A stretch of DNA of 64,000 nt, taken from assembly GCA_030324005.1 (NCBI GenBank), contig JARDVH010000143.1:23297578-23361577 (forward strand), given 5' to 3'. Source of the DNA: Negaprion brevirostris. Its lineage: Eukaryota. The notes below the pieces were generated by a model. It worked only from the letters and a program-made list of their open reading frames with translations, searched no databases and was not told where the DNA came from. Positions 24,233 through 35,894 of this stretch are shown piece after piece; the stretch's first letter is position 1, and the number at the start of each line of letters is the position of its first letter. A program made the position numbers and the translations under genes.

Positions 24233-24563
24233 TAACAGGGTAGATTCAGAAAGAATGTTCCTGATGGTGGGGGAGTTTGGAAGTAGGGGTCATTGTTTGA
24301 AGACAAGTGATAAACCTTTTTGGACAGAAGTGAGGGGAAATCTCTTTACCGCCAGAGGGTGGTGAATCTACGCTATCACTGAAAGTAGTTGAGGCCAAAA
24401 TGTTGTCTGATTTCAAGAAGAAATTAGATATAATTCTTGGGGCTATAGGGATCAAGATATATGAGGCAAGGGGGATCGGGCTATTGATTTTGATCAGCCA
24501 TGATCAAAATGAATGGTGGGGCAGGCTCAAAGGACTGAATGGCATACTCATGCTTCTAGTTTC
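24233..24563 (+). mobile_element. CR1 LINE 3' end
   Basis: RVDSERMFLMVGE..SRGH ORF2 terminus followed by a 3' UTR 'gcaggctcaaaggactgaatggc'. Confidence 0.85.
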
Positions 24564-26519
24564 TGTGCACGTTTTCAGTGTTATTCAAACTTCACACAGT
24601 GATGGTAATTGCAATTTTGGTGTGAGTATCCTTGCTAGAAGCTGTAGTTGGCTAACTCTCTATTTCTAACCCTTAGCTGTCTTCTTGGTTTTCCCCTTTT
24701 GAATTTGATTGAAATTGGGTTGTGTTTACATCAATGTGTAACTTTTGAAATGGCTGGTTCAGTGTTGGAGGTGTCAAGCTGATAAATGAATTGGGCACCT
24801 CTTGCCTATAAAAGGCAATCATATTTGGCCAGAAATCAAAAGTACACAACATAGGCCTTCTCCATAACATAAAGGCAAAATACTGTGGATGCTGAAATTT
24901 AAAAGAAAAATAGAAAATGCTGGAGAAACTCAGCAGATCAGTCAGCATCTGTGGAGAGAGAATAGAGCCAATGTTTTGACAACTCTTCGTTAGAGCTCTG
25001 ACAAAGCTCTGACCTGCTAAATTTATGATGTGGGTCAGACTTTTTACTGCTAAATTTACCCAGCCTAGGCCATCTTCATGTTAGCCAGTTGGTCAAACAT
25101 TATTTTCCTACTTGCTCACCATCTCCTTTCAAGATTATTCTTTTTCCAATGAAATAGATAAATTCTGTTAAAATATCTGAGCATTTTATATCAAAATGGC
25201 AGGTATCAGAGTATTTATATATCCTCTTTTTTTTCCTACATCTGACTGTTTACATTGTTTATATCAGCTGTTTACATTGGAAAACTGTCCATAATTACAT
25301 TTTCTTCAATTTTATATTTTTTCAGCAAAACTGATATTTGGTGTATGATTTTAATATTTAGTTTTGGATGAATATTTAATGTCAAATCACAATGCATAGC
25401 GGATGGGAATTTAATTTTGCAAAACATGTCAAATGTGTTCAACCCTCAATGCTGGTACTTTCAAACAATTGAACCATTCTTCTGTAATCTGACCTGTCAA
25501 ATTTCATGGTTTATCATTACCTTTGTGAAATTGATAAATTTACAGATAAGCAAAACAAATGAAAACTTAATTTAACAAACTTGATAATTTCTTGATGCTT
25601 ATTTTTACTACTGGTTTTATTACTGTGGCCTGTTTTCAGTAAATATACCTTGATTATAGGGTGAATTTACACTGTAGATAACAGGTTCTAGATCATGTAA
25701 AGCTCTCCTGTATTCCAAAGTTCTAACTGCAAATGGATAATATATGCTGTTAGAACTTCTAAATTCAGGAATGCCCATCTGCATGCTGATGTCCACAGGA
25801 TGCTGATCCTGATTATTGTATGTTTCTATAGTGCAGTTAGGCTTTTTACACTTTAATGTATTTAGATAATCTCCAGGTAAGTTAATACAGCAAGTACAAT
25901 TTTCTAAGCCTGGTTTTGGCATTGCACTGAAAATATACTTCGACTGAGGAATCTGAGCTGCTTAATTGCAACTCAACTGCATCAAAAAATTAACTGAATT
26001 ATTTTGTTTTCCCACCTTTAGTTTCGTAAGGATTTATTTCAAATTTTAATCTTTCTAGATATGATTATAATTGTGATAGCAAGGTCACCCTGGAAGATGT
26101 TTTCGGTATTACACTTAATTAGCTCATTAGTGTTGAACATTTGGGTGGCTTTGGGAACATCTGGAAAATTAATTGGTAGCATGATTTTTGTGACTTCCAA
26201 ATTTTCGTAATTCAGCTCTATTGGAGACATTTTGTCAAAAAGAAATTTATCTTTCAAGTTGGCATTAACTCTTACGCAGAATAGCTCTTACTCTGATGTG
26301 CTAGTTCTGTTATGATAAGGTGACAGTTGTAGAGCTATGTTGTTGTTACTAATATGACACTGACAGTATGTGAAATATTATGAGCCATACAGCACAATAA
26401 TTTTGATTATGAAGTTTGAATGCATCTGATGCAGTCACGTGGATATAGACATGTTCCTTGGCCTTTGTCCACCTAGGTATGCTTACCAGCTGCTTGCTTT
26501 AAACAGACAAAGACAGAAG

Positions 26520-27475
26520 TTCTTTGGATCATGCTCCGCCACTTCTGCCAACTCCAGCATGATGTCATTATGAAATACATCTCTCACCCCCAGTAGCATA
26601 CTACAGGGACCTCTCCTTCCCTGATTCCCTGGTCCATTCCTCCNNNNNNNNNNNNNNNNNNNNNNNNNNNNNNNNNNNNNNNNNNNNNNNNNNNNNNNNN
26701 NNNNNNNNNNNNNNNNNNNNNNNNNNNNNNNNNNNNNNNNNNNCCATCACGTCCACTTCTCCTCCTTGTTCTGTGCCACCTTCCCCTGCATTGCAGAAGC
26801 TGCAACATCTGTCCTTTTATTTACTTCTTCCTGACCATTCAAGGCCCCAAGTACTCCCTTAAAGTGAAGCAACATTTCACTTGCACTCCAATTTGGTCGA
26901 CTGTATTTGCTGTTCCCAATGTGGTCTTCTCTACACTGGGGAGACTAAATACAGACTGGGTGACTGCTTTGTGAATACCTTTGCTCAGCCTGCAAACATG
27001 ATCCCATTCTTCCTGTCACTTGCTAATTCAACTCAGTATCTTGCTGTCATGCCCAGCTTGGGCCTGCTGCAATGCTCCAGTGAAGCCCAATGCAAACTGG
27101 TGGAGCAGTACCTCATCTGCCAATTTGGTACATTAGTCCTCAGGACTCAACATTGAGTTCATCAACTTTACACTGACCATTCTCCACCATTTTACCTTTT
27201 CTTTAATATAGCCCAAACGTTTTTTGTCCCAGTGCAAAAAAACTTCACTCCCCTCCCATTTCCACAACAGGCTGTCACTTGTTCTTCAGTTTGCTTTGTT
27301 GCATTCTCTCCTAGCTTCCATTACTTATTGACTTTCTGTTCTTGTCCCAGCTTATAGAATCCAATCCCTTTAGCTCTGACGAAGAGTCATACAGACTCAA
27401 TTGTTGGCCCTTTTCACTCCATGCAGATGCTAATGGACTTGGTGGGTTTTTCCAGCATTCTTTGTTTTCGTTTTT
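26520..27475 (+). mobile_element. Penelope-like element, GIY-YIG endonuclease region and 3' tail
   Basis: SNLVDCICCSQCGLLYTGETKYRLGDCF is a degenerate Penelope GIY-YIG motif. The tail carries a hammerhead-like CTGACGA. A related 3' fragment lies at ~44900-45275. Confidence 0.85.
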
Positions 27476-28671
27476 GCATGTAAGACAGGAATACTGTTCT
27501 CCTTTGCAGATGGCTTATACCTTTTTGTTCTATAGATTCCCTACAATACAGAAGACGGCCAGTTGGCCCAGTGAGTCGGCAGCGACTCTCTGAAAGGGCA
27601 TCTTACTCAGGACCCCCCCACCCCCTCCCAAATCTGGAAAATTGGCGTGCCACCTTAAACCTCTTTGGAAAATAGTTTTATCTACACTTCCACAGTGCAA
27701 AGAATGTGTGGTCTGTTATTTCCTCCAGTACATGTTGAATTTGATAGAAGCTTATGGTGGTATATGTACTGTAGGCATAGTAATAAGCTACTAAATCTTG
27801 GGAAATATTTGAATTTTAGTTAATCAAGCCTGCTTTTAAGCCTAATGTTATAAAATTAGAGGCTCAAAATAGATTATTGTCTGATATTCCTCTGCCAGAG
27901 AACAATGTAAATGCAGAAAATGCAAGTCAATATCTGAAGCTGTTCAGTAGAATCTGGTGCAGTAGGCTTAGCACAAATGGACAGTGGTGTTGGGTCCAAT
28001 TTTACCTGCCCTGTTGATGTGCTGCAATTAGACTTCAGACATCTGTTGAGATTGAATGCACTGGGAATTGACTGTGTCTCTAAAACAAATTGTTTCCTCT
28101 ATATCAGAGAAGAGTGTTTGTAAGATTCTATTTGTTTAATTGACAATTGAGAGTGTTTCCATGTAACAATAGCTCATCACTCTTAAAATCATGATTGTGT
28201 TAAATGATTTTACTTCTGCATATTTGGATTTTAAATAGCTTGTTATGTGTCTTACTCTTTGGATTTATTTGACTTCATTTAAATGTAACATGCTGAGAAC
28301 TGTAAGAACAAGGATATGAGCATTCTTTTAATCACTACAATGAAGCAATAAATTTCAATAGTTCATCATACAAATCATTAAAATCTGAGGTGCCTATTGC
28401 AAACGTCTTGCAGAAATGTTTTAAATCCATATTATTGGCAGGAATAAGTCACTTGGCACTTTTTCAAAATAAAAAAGCTTAAATGTGAAAATTCTTCATG
28501 GGCAATTTTAGAATTAAAACTACGATCGGAATGGTACCAAGATGTGAAAAAAATAAAACTGCTGTCTACAGAAACATTAACTAATAATTTATATAGTAAT
28601 TTTTCCTAATTGATCTCTTGCTTGTTATGATCCATTTCCTCATAAAAATGTAGCTGATATTCCCGGTATAA

Positions 28672-28740
28672 AATTGTTTTAAGTATCCTAAGTTTTAAGT
28701 ATTGTTTTAAGTATTTAAGTATTGTTTTAAGTATCCTAAG
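28672..28740 (+). repeat. short degenerate tandem repeat (ttgttttaagta / ttaagtat units)
   Basis: Five 'ttaagtat' cores in ~70 bp. Confidence 0.8.
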
Positions 28741-29024
28741 CTCAGTGAAGCTGATATCTGTAGATGCCTTTGTTGCTGATGGTCATATGTCAAATGAAAT
28801 AGTTGATTTGTTGCTTCAATGATTCTTCATTTTAGTTTTGGTTTTATTGTAAAATTGTGGTGGACTGCTAAATGTCGGCAGCCATCAGAACCAGCGTGTA
28901 GTTGCTTTGGTTGGAAACAAGCAGATAAATAAATTGCAGCCTTTGAATATTTTGTAACTCTTCAGCGTTGACCCAATGAGATTTTTCTCATTGCTGCTTG
29001 CTTTATTCATGGAGTAGGTTTACT

Positions 29025-29346
29025 GGTGGCACGATGGCTAGCAGTGGTTAGTACTGCTGCCTCACAGCGCCAGAGACCCAGGTTTAATTCCCAGCTTTGG
29101 TCAATGTCTGTGCAGACTTTGCACTTTCTTCCCGTGTCTCTGTAGTTTTACTCTGCGTGCTCTGATTTTCTCCCACATTCCAAACGATGTGCTGGTTAGG
29201 TGCATCGGTCATACCTAATTCTCCTTCAGTGTACCCAAAGAGGTGGGTGCTGGAGTGTGGCAATGGAGGATTTTCACAGTAATTTCATTGCAGTGTTAAT
29301 GTAAGCCTACTTGTGACACTAATAAATATACTTAAACTTAAAACTT
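29025..29346 (+). mobile_element. HE1-type SINE, alternative-tail subfamily, full length
   Basis: Head, V-domain and tail 'gtaagcctacttgtgacactaataaata'. Confidence 0.9.
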
Positions 29347-31197
29347 GGGTTTAGAATATATGCATTTTGTTTGGAAATTGCTGTGTTTTCAAAAGGATTT
29401 TCACTGCTCCTTTACTGTAATATGATTGTTTACGCAGAATAATGCAGTCGGAATAGGAAGTTATGAATTGTTAACAAAATAATTTAAGTCAAATCCTGAC
29501 TTACTGTAGCTACCAACTGAGGAGTTTAGTGTTGCTTTAATTGAAAATACTGGTCTCTGGCTGAGAAAAATATTTTTGCAGTTACTGAATATCAAAGTCC
29601 ATCTCCTTTTTTAAATGATTATAATGTTTATTTATTTTTACAAGTTATTTTTCACCAAGCTAGGGAGTTCTGATGATAAACTGTTTGCAACTTTTTACAG
29701 CAGCAAAGCAGATACATTAAGTAGGTTATTAAGGCCATATAGCAAGTATTTTCTCTGGAAAAAAATAAAGGATTCCTATTTTGTGTTCTGCACTTGTGGT
29801 TTTACTTCAATTTTAACATTTTATTTTCCTCCTTTAGTTCCCATTTTATAGTGAATATGGGCCTTGTAGATATGGTTGTTTCTGTGGCCCTGGTTTTGTA
29901 ACACCACAGTGTGATGGAAAGTTTACTGTTGACTAGTTTATTGACCAATTTGTTATACAGTGACAGCATGTCAGTTTATCATCTGCTCCTTGTCCCAGAT
30001 TTGGAACATTGTCGAACAGACAGAGAAAGTGACGTTGTTTAAAATTTGTCGTTGAACTCTCAGTGGCTGTGTTTATTTGATATTGACAAATAATAGTGAC
30101 TCACCATTAACTAATTGCCAGTCTTGTTTGTGGCAGACGTGAATTAGGTGTAATTGTCTTTATGGCTACACTGTGAATTGGGAAACTGGAGATCGAGGAG
30201 TTTGTTGTGATTTGTCAGCCAAGAAAGAAATGTTCTTGCGCATTTTAGAAGGAGCTGATTTTTTTCCTGCTGAAGAGTCAGAATGATCAACTATAGATAA
30301 ATGGGGCCTTGGTGTTACCAGTGATTGACACACAATGAGTCGTAACAATATTGGCCAAAGCAAGGGACTATTATGTAAGCTGAGGATTAGCACCAGTGAC
30401 TTGATAATGAAGTATAACACCATAATGTAACCTGCTTTCTTCATACTCCTAATGTTTTAATTTTTAAAAAATTCTCTCTACAAACTAGACTCTACTTCCT
30501 GTCTTAGCTAATTAAATTATTTCTGATTCTTTGGTCATCTTCACTCCCACAATTTTGCAAACTGTACTTTATTTTTTTCGTTACTTCCATTTCCCCCTGT
30601 CTAACACATATCTGGAGCTCTGGCAATGGGAATAAACAATCTCTGGGTAATGCACAAGAGTGACATAGCTGAGTGCTGGTACTGCTTCACTTTTGGCTTG
30701 TTTGGTATTTTTCTAATAACGTTGAGAACCTTGGAGGCAACTTCCTGGTCTATCACTGGGCTTGCTTGGAAGACTGTTATTTGCTCCTTGACATTTCTTG
30801 ACGTTAGTGATGCTCCTTGACTCTACCAGTGGAAAGCATGGGTTCTGAGGTGGGAATTTGAGGTGGCCATTTAAATTGACTTAATAACATACCTGTGAAT
30901 ATCTTTCAAAATCATAAATTTCTTTGTAACTGAAAATCTCTAATATTTTATGGCATCAGACATTATTTTCTGTTAATGTTCTAATAATCTGTGAGCTCCC
31001 ATACTGTTGAATGTTATCATGCGGTGATAGTTGAAATAAATATCTCTTATCAGTAAGATTCCTGTATCTAAAAAAAGTATTGTCTGTAGAGGATTCCAGG
31101 TGGCATTTTAGTTTTCTGATCTTTTGACAAGATCGTTTCCTTTTTTTTGTCACATTTGGAAGTCATTCCTAGTCATCTGGTATTCTTACTAATTTAC

Positions 31198-31700
31198 ATA
31201 AGAACATAAGAAATAGGAGCAGGAGTAGGCCTTCGAACCTGCCCTGCCATTCAACAAGATCATGGCTGATCTGAAGTGGGTCAGTTCCACTTTCCTGCTT
31301 TCTCACCATAACCCTTAATTCCCTTGTCTATCAGAAACCTATCTGCCTGTGACTTAAATATATTCAGCAAGGTAGCCTCCACCACTTCAATGGGCAGAGA
31401 ATTTCAGAGATTCACCACCCTTTGAGTGAAGGAGTTCCTCCTCAACTCCGATCTAAACTGCCCCTCCCCTCCCTTATTTTGAGGCTGTGCCCTCTAGTCC
31501 TGCTCTCCTNNNNNNNNNNNNNNNNNNNNNNNNNNNNNNNNNNNNNNNNNNNNNNNNNNNNNNNNNNNNNNNNNNNNNNNNNNNNNNNNNNNNNNNNNNN
31601 NNNNNNNNNTTTAAATAATAATCCCTCCTACTATTATTTCTACCAAAGTGGATAACCTCACATTTGCTAACATTATACTCCATCTGTCAGGTCCCTGCCC
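31198..31700 (-). mobile_element. CR1 LINE 3' fragment (spans a gap)
   Basis: 'catagaacataagaaataggagcaggagtagg' tail and RT-region peptide MEYNVSKCEVIHFGRNN. Confidence 0.85.
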
Positions 31701-32188
31701 ACTCACTCTGTTGACAATTGTCATTTATATCATGAAATTTAAAACTGACTTGTGTAAAGAGTTGGTAATCTTATTGGTGCCCAGTGTCAGAACTGAAGTG
31801 CATTTGAAGGGCGAACACATTCACCTCATTTAATTCTGGACTACGTTTTTTCATGGCTGTAACTTACACATCTTCTGCCTATTGTTTCTCTGCACTGTGA
31901 TTGACCTATTACTGTTTATTTGAAGCTGTGCTCTATCGTATTCTGAAGCAGGGACCATTGTCAGGAAAATAGTAGCATTTCTGTCTCTTGACAATTGGGT
32001 TGACTTGTAATTCTTTTTTACATTTTCAAAGACCTTGTATGTACACATCGCAAAATACTATCCACACAATTCATGAATGGTATCACTTGGATTTTTTCCT
32101 CAGATCTGCAATATGAAGTGTAGATGATGCTTTTTAAATTCATTTTTCACACTTATATGGCATGTCTTTCTCTTTTTGTTTCCTTTAG

Positions 32189-32245
32189 TATACAACAAGT
32201 TTATGGAGCACAACATCCTCCATTTGACCCCCGGCTACACAAAAA
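32189..32245 (+). CDS. TBC1D22: TBC1D22 coding exon 2 (S-IQQVYGAQHPPFDPRLHK-)
   Basis: Polypyrimidine tract and tttag acceptor; 57 nt, phase 2/2; donor AA|GTAGGT. It joins exon 1 in frame (AG+T = Ser) and gives the family motif VYGAQHPPxDP. Confidence 0.95.
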
Positions 32246-34842
32246 GTAGGTTGGCAGTATAATTTGTTCTGTTTTTTACTTTAAATCACTTTCTTCCTGT
32301 AAATGTGGCCTTAGCTTTGTCAAGTGACAGAGGAATTGATTTATGGTAAATATGCATTGGACCTAGCCTTGTGCTTTATTGTACAACAATAGAAAAATAC
32401 AAGAGTCACCTAATTGATTTGCTTAAGCTTAAATCAGTGGGCCAGAAGCTCAACTGTAATTAATTAAGGGTTCTTATTGTGAAGCCTACTTTGGGAGGTC
32501 AGACCAAATATTATTGATTAACAATTAAAACACAAGTATTTTGGCAATAGAACTCCTGCAGTACAAGATTGTGTATTTCATGGTGTGATGATGCTCATTA
32601 TTAGTTTTGTTGCAGTTACATGCAATTTATGTTAAAACAAATTAAAATTGTGTTCAAAAGTTTGAGTGCCATTTTCAGCAACATTGGAAAGCTAAGATTG
32701 CTATTAGGTTTCTGTTCAGAGAACAATATATTTGTATTAGAAGTTGGTACCAGAAGTGTTCATCAGATAGCAGATTTAAATGCTGGAATTTAACTTACTT
32801 AAATCTCTTCGTTATATCCTTGTTGGTGGATGGTATTCTGCAGTATATTATTTAAGTTAGAAATGGTATTGAATGAAATGTTGCTAGGCTTCCCTACACT
32901 TGCTCTCTAGCCCGAATGTTAAACTGGCAACATGAGGTAATGTATCTACAGTATCTATCTCGGCTGTAGTGTACATAGCCAGAATGTATGAATGTGTTTG
33001 CTCTGTGTTACTTTCTTTACTCAAGATCTACTTCTTTCAATTCACTTCTTGAGATTTTTCTAATATACCATGAAGATTTGTAAATTTTTGAGAAAAGTTT
33101 ATGCATGCCTCGAATGCACATACTTCAACGTTTTCTGTGACTGTCACTTGCTTAAGTTTGGTGTAACTTATTTTCAATATGCAATTTTACCTGAAAATCG
33201 TGACTCGTACACATGCTTTACTATAGGTCCGCATTTTCCCAATCCCAAGGTGACAAGCTTGGAGAATGAGGAACATGGGGACAGAATAGAAGGGGGCCAT
33301 GATGGGAAAGTTCTTCAACATTCCTGGTGGGTTGGTAAGCAAGGTTAGCTGCTGGCTCCATGGGGGTGGGCAGCAAGTTTGCATAGTTAAGGCCCAATGT
33401 TGCAGCCACTCTGCCGTTTTGCTGATGGCGGTGTGGACCTCCCACCTCATGTAATTACAATCCTCTCAGTAGAGGTGGCCTCCATGTAACAGGCTGGGGA
33501 CCGTTGGAGCCAGAAGTTCCAGACTGCGAAGTGAGGTGGTTGCGTTTTTAAAAGGCCATCATTGCAGCTGATAGCACTCCAACTGAGGGGTTCCCCTCCA
33601 CCTTGTATGATTTACCAGCCCAGATTCTGATTTACAATCCCTGTGATGCAGTCCAGAGAGCCTGTGGTTCATGTCTTGTCTCAGCAATGTCCATCCCTCT
33701 TAGTGAGGTTGCCGAAGCTTCTGAGCTTTTAGTCTTCTGGTTTGGCAGAATCAAGAATCCACCTGCTGATGGTGAGCTCAAAGGTCCCCTCTGGGAAGAT
33801 TACTTCACTGATGTTGCTCCAGGCATGTGAGGGATCTCTGTTTGATCCAGAAGGCAGTGGCAAAATTTGATGGACTTGATCTACAAGGGAGATGATTATG
33901 TGGGGGGTGAATAAGCAAATTGAGTTATCTTTTTGAATGGTGCAGTAGGCTCAAAGGGTCAAATAGCCTACTTCCGTTCCTATTTCTTTTGCTATTCTGT
34001 TCTCAAAATCCAGCCCATGATGTCTCGGATTGCCATTTTGGCAATTTTATGTTGAAGCAGTAATGTTATACAAGTTAAATCTTGGAATGTGGAAAGGTTT
34101 GCCTAGTTTTTATTTAAACTAAATATAATAAATTCAGCACCACTGAATTTCAGAATGTTAATTAAGTGTTTTCATTGGTCAGATGCACCGCAGGACAATT
34201 TGGAGGAAAATAAATGAGATGGTTTTTTTTGGAAATTGGAAGGTTTGAAGAATTTTTAGCAGGTTTGCCGCATCACAGAGAAGGAATTAAGATCAATATT
34301 GCACTTGACCTTTTTGATTCTCTGTGGGAAAATACTTCATTATTTTTTGGCCTATTGGAGTTTCAATGATTTGGGAACTGACTAGCATAATAATGTCCAC
34401 ACCTGGCTTCAAACTCAGCCTAATCTGATGAATGAAGAGGCTCCCTCTTGAAATCTAAGTGAGATTTTAACGGATATTCTACAACAGAAGCTGCCCCTAA
34501 TTGAGTATTCATTGATACTAAATTGGCAACCTTATTTAAAGAGGGGATAAGGATGTTATCTGTAGATGGGAGAAAGCCATCCAGATAAAGTAGAGTAATT
34601 TTCTGAAGTTCGAGATGAAGCACACTAATGATGTAGTACAGAAAGTAGCTTTATATTACAGCATTGCCAGTGAATGAAGTGAAGCTAATCAGGTGGGAAA
34701 AGCAGAGAAGTAACTTGTGTGATTTCCTGAAACACAGTTGCATGTAACGGGTGCTACACTGGACTCCACCTGTTCATTTGGTCACGGGTGTCTTGCGAAC
34801 TTAAGGAATATTATTGACCAGAAAGTGACTTGCAACTAACAT

Positions 34843-35165
34843 GGGAGATGGTGGCATATTGGCAATGTAATCCAAAGGTGCAGACTAATGCTCTGGGGAC
34901 ATGGTTCACATCCCATCAAGACAGTTGATGGAATATAAATTCAAATCTTCAGCTATCACCAGTTGTCACCAGTCCCCTTTTGGGGAAGGAAATCTGCCAC
35001 CTTTAATTGATCTGAGCTAAATGTGATTCCAGAGCCACAGCAATGTAGTTGAGTCTTAATTGCCCTCCGAAATGGCCTGAGCAAACAAATCAGTTCAAAG
35101 GGTAATTGGGGATGGGTAGCAAATGCCAATCTCCGCAGCAATGCCCTCATCCTGTGAAGGAATAT
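34843..35165 (+). mobile_element. tRNA-derived SINE (same family as 12345-12690)
   Basis: 'gggaaggaaatctgcc...gagccacagcaatgtagttgagtcttaattgccctc...aagggtaattggggatggg'. Confidence 0.8.
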
Positions 35166-35894
35166 GGAAAAAGTCAAATGTTGAAGTTCATGCAGTGAAT
35201 TTGAATGGAGTGATTCCAATTTACCAAGGTATCCCACAGTCTATTCTGGCAGAAGCAGGTTTTTTTTCAATTGGGCGCATGTTGTGTTGGATCCTTAGTC
35301 AGTACTGATCTTAGGTCCCCAAATGTGTTGTTGCTCACGACTGAGATTTGCCACTGAGTTTTCAAATTCAGATAAGCAACATCATGTTGCAGAAATTTGC
35401 AGAAAGAGAACAAAGCATTTAAAATATTAAGTCTACTTTTGGGTGCCGCTGCTTTTCTAGTGTAGAGATTCTTATGATGCAATTGTTTCTGTAGTACCAT
35501 GCAATGATTCATACTCAAATTTGTTTGTTTATTATGCATAATGGATTTGGAGTAATGATAAGAACATCTAAACATCTGCATTCCAGTTGTGTCTGCACAC
35601 ACTTCTCGCCACGGACCTCCTGCTGTGAGAATATTTAAAAAGTATGGACCACGACACACATTTACTTGGGTGTTATTTACTCCCCTAAGTGCTCTGTTTG
35701 GTTGTTTACTCTGCATGTTGACTCTAACAGCTTTACATGCATCAGCACAGACAGAATCAGATCTTTACCTTACGTGCACACATATTCCTCAAATCTTTGC
35801 ATACTAGATGTAACAATGTTAGATTGGATTTTAAGCTGCTGTATTCTACAGTACATTTACTGTTTTTGTACTGTTATTATTTACAAACTGTATC

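Noticed and set aside
27510-27576. Possible cryptic exon (acceptors at 27510 and 27536, donor CA|GTGAGT at 27571)
   Set aside because: The 61-nt or 35-nt lengths are frameshifting, it sits next to a Penelope tail, and nothing else supports it.
35267-35807. 149-aa minus ORF and overlapping plus ORF with a hydrophobic stretch
   Set aside because: No recognisable domain or splice context; the length is compatible with chance in 64 kb across six frames.
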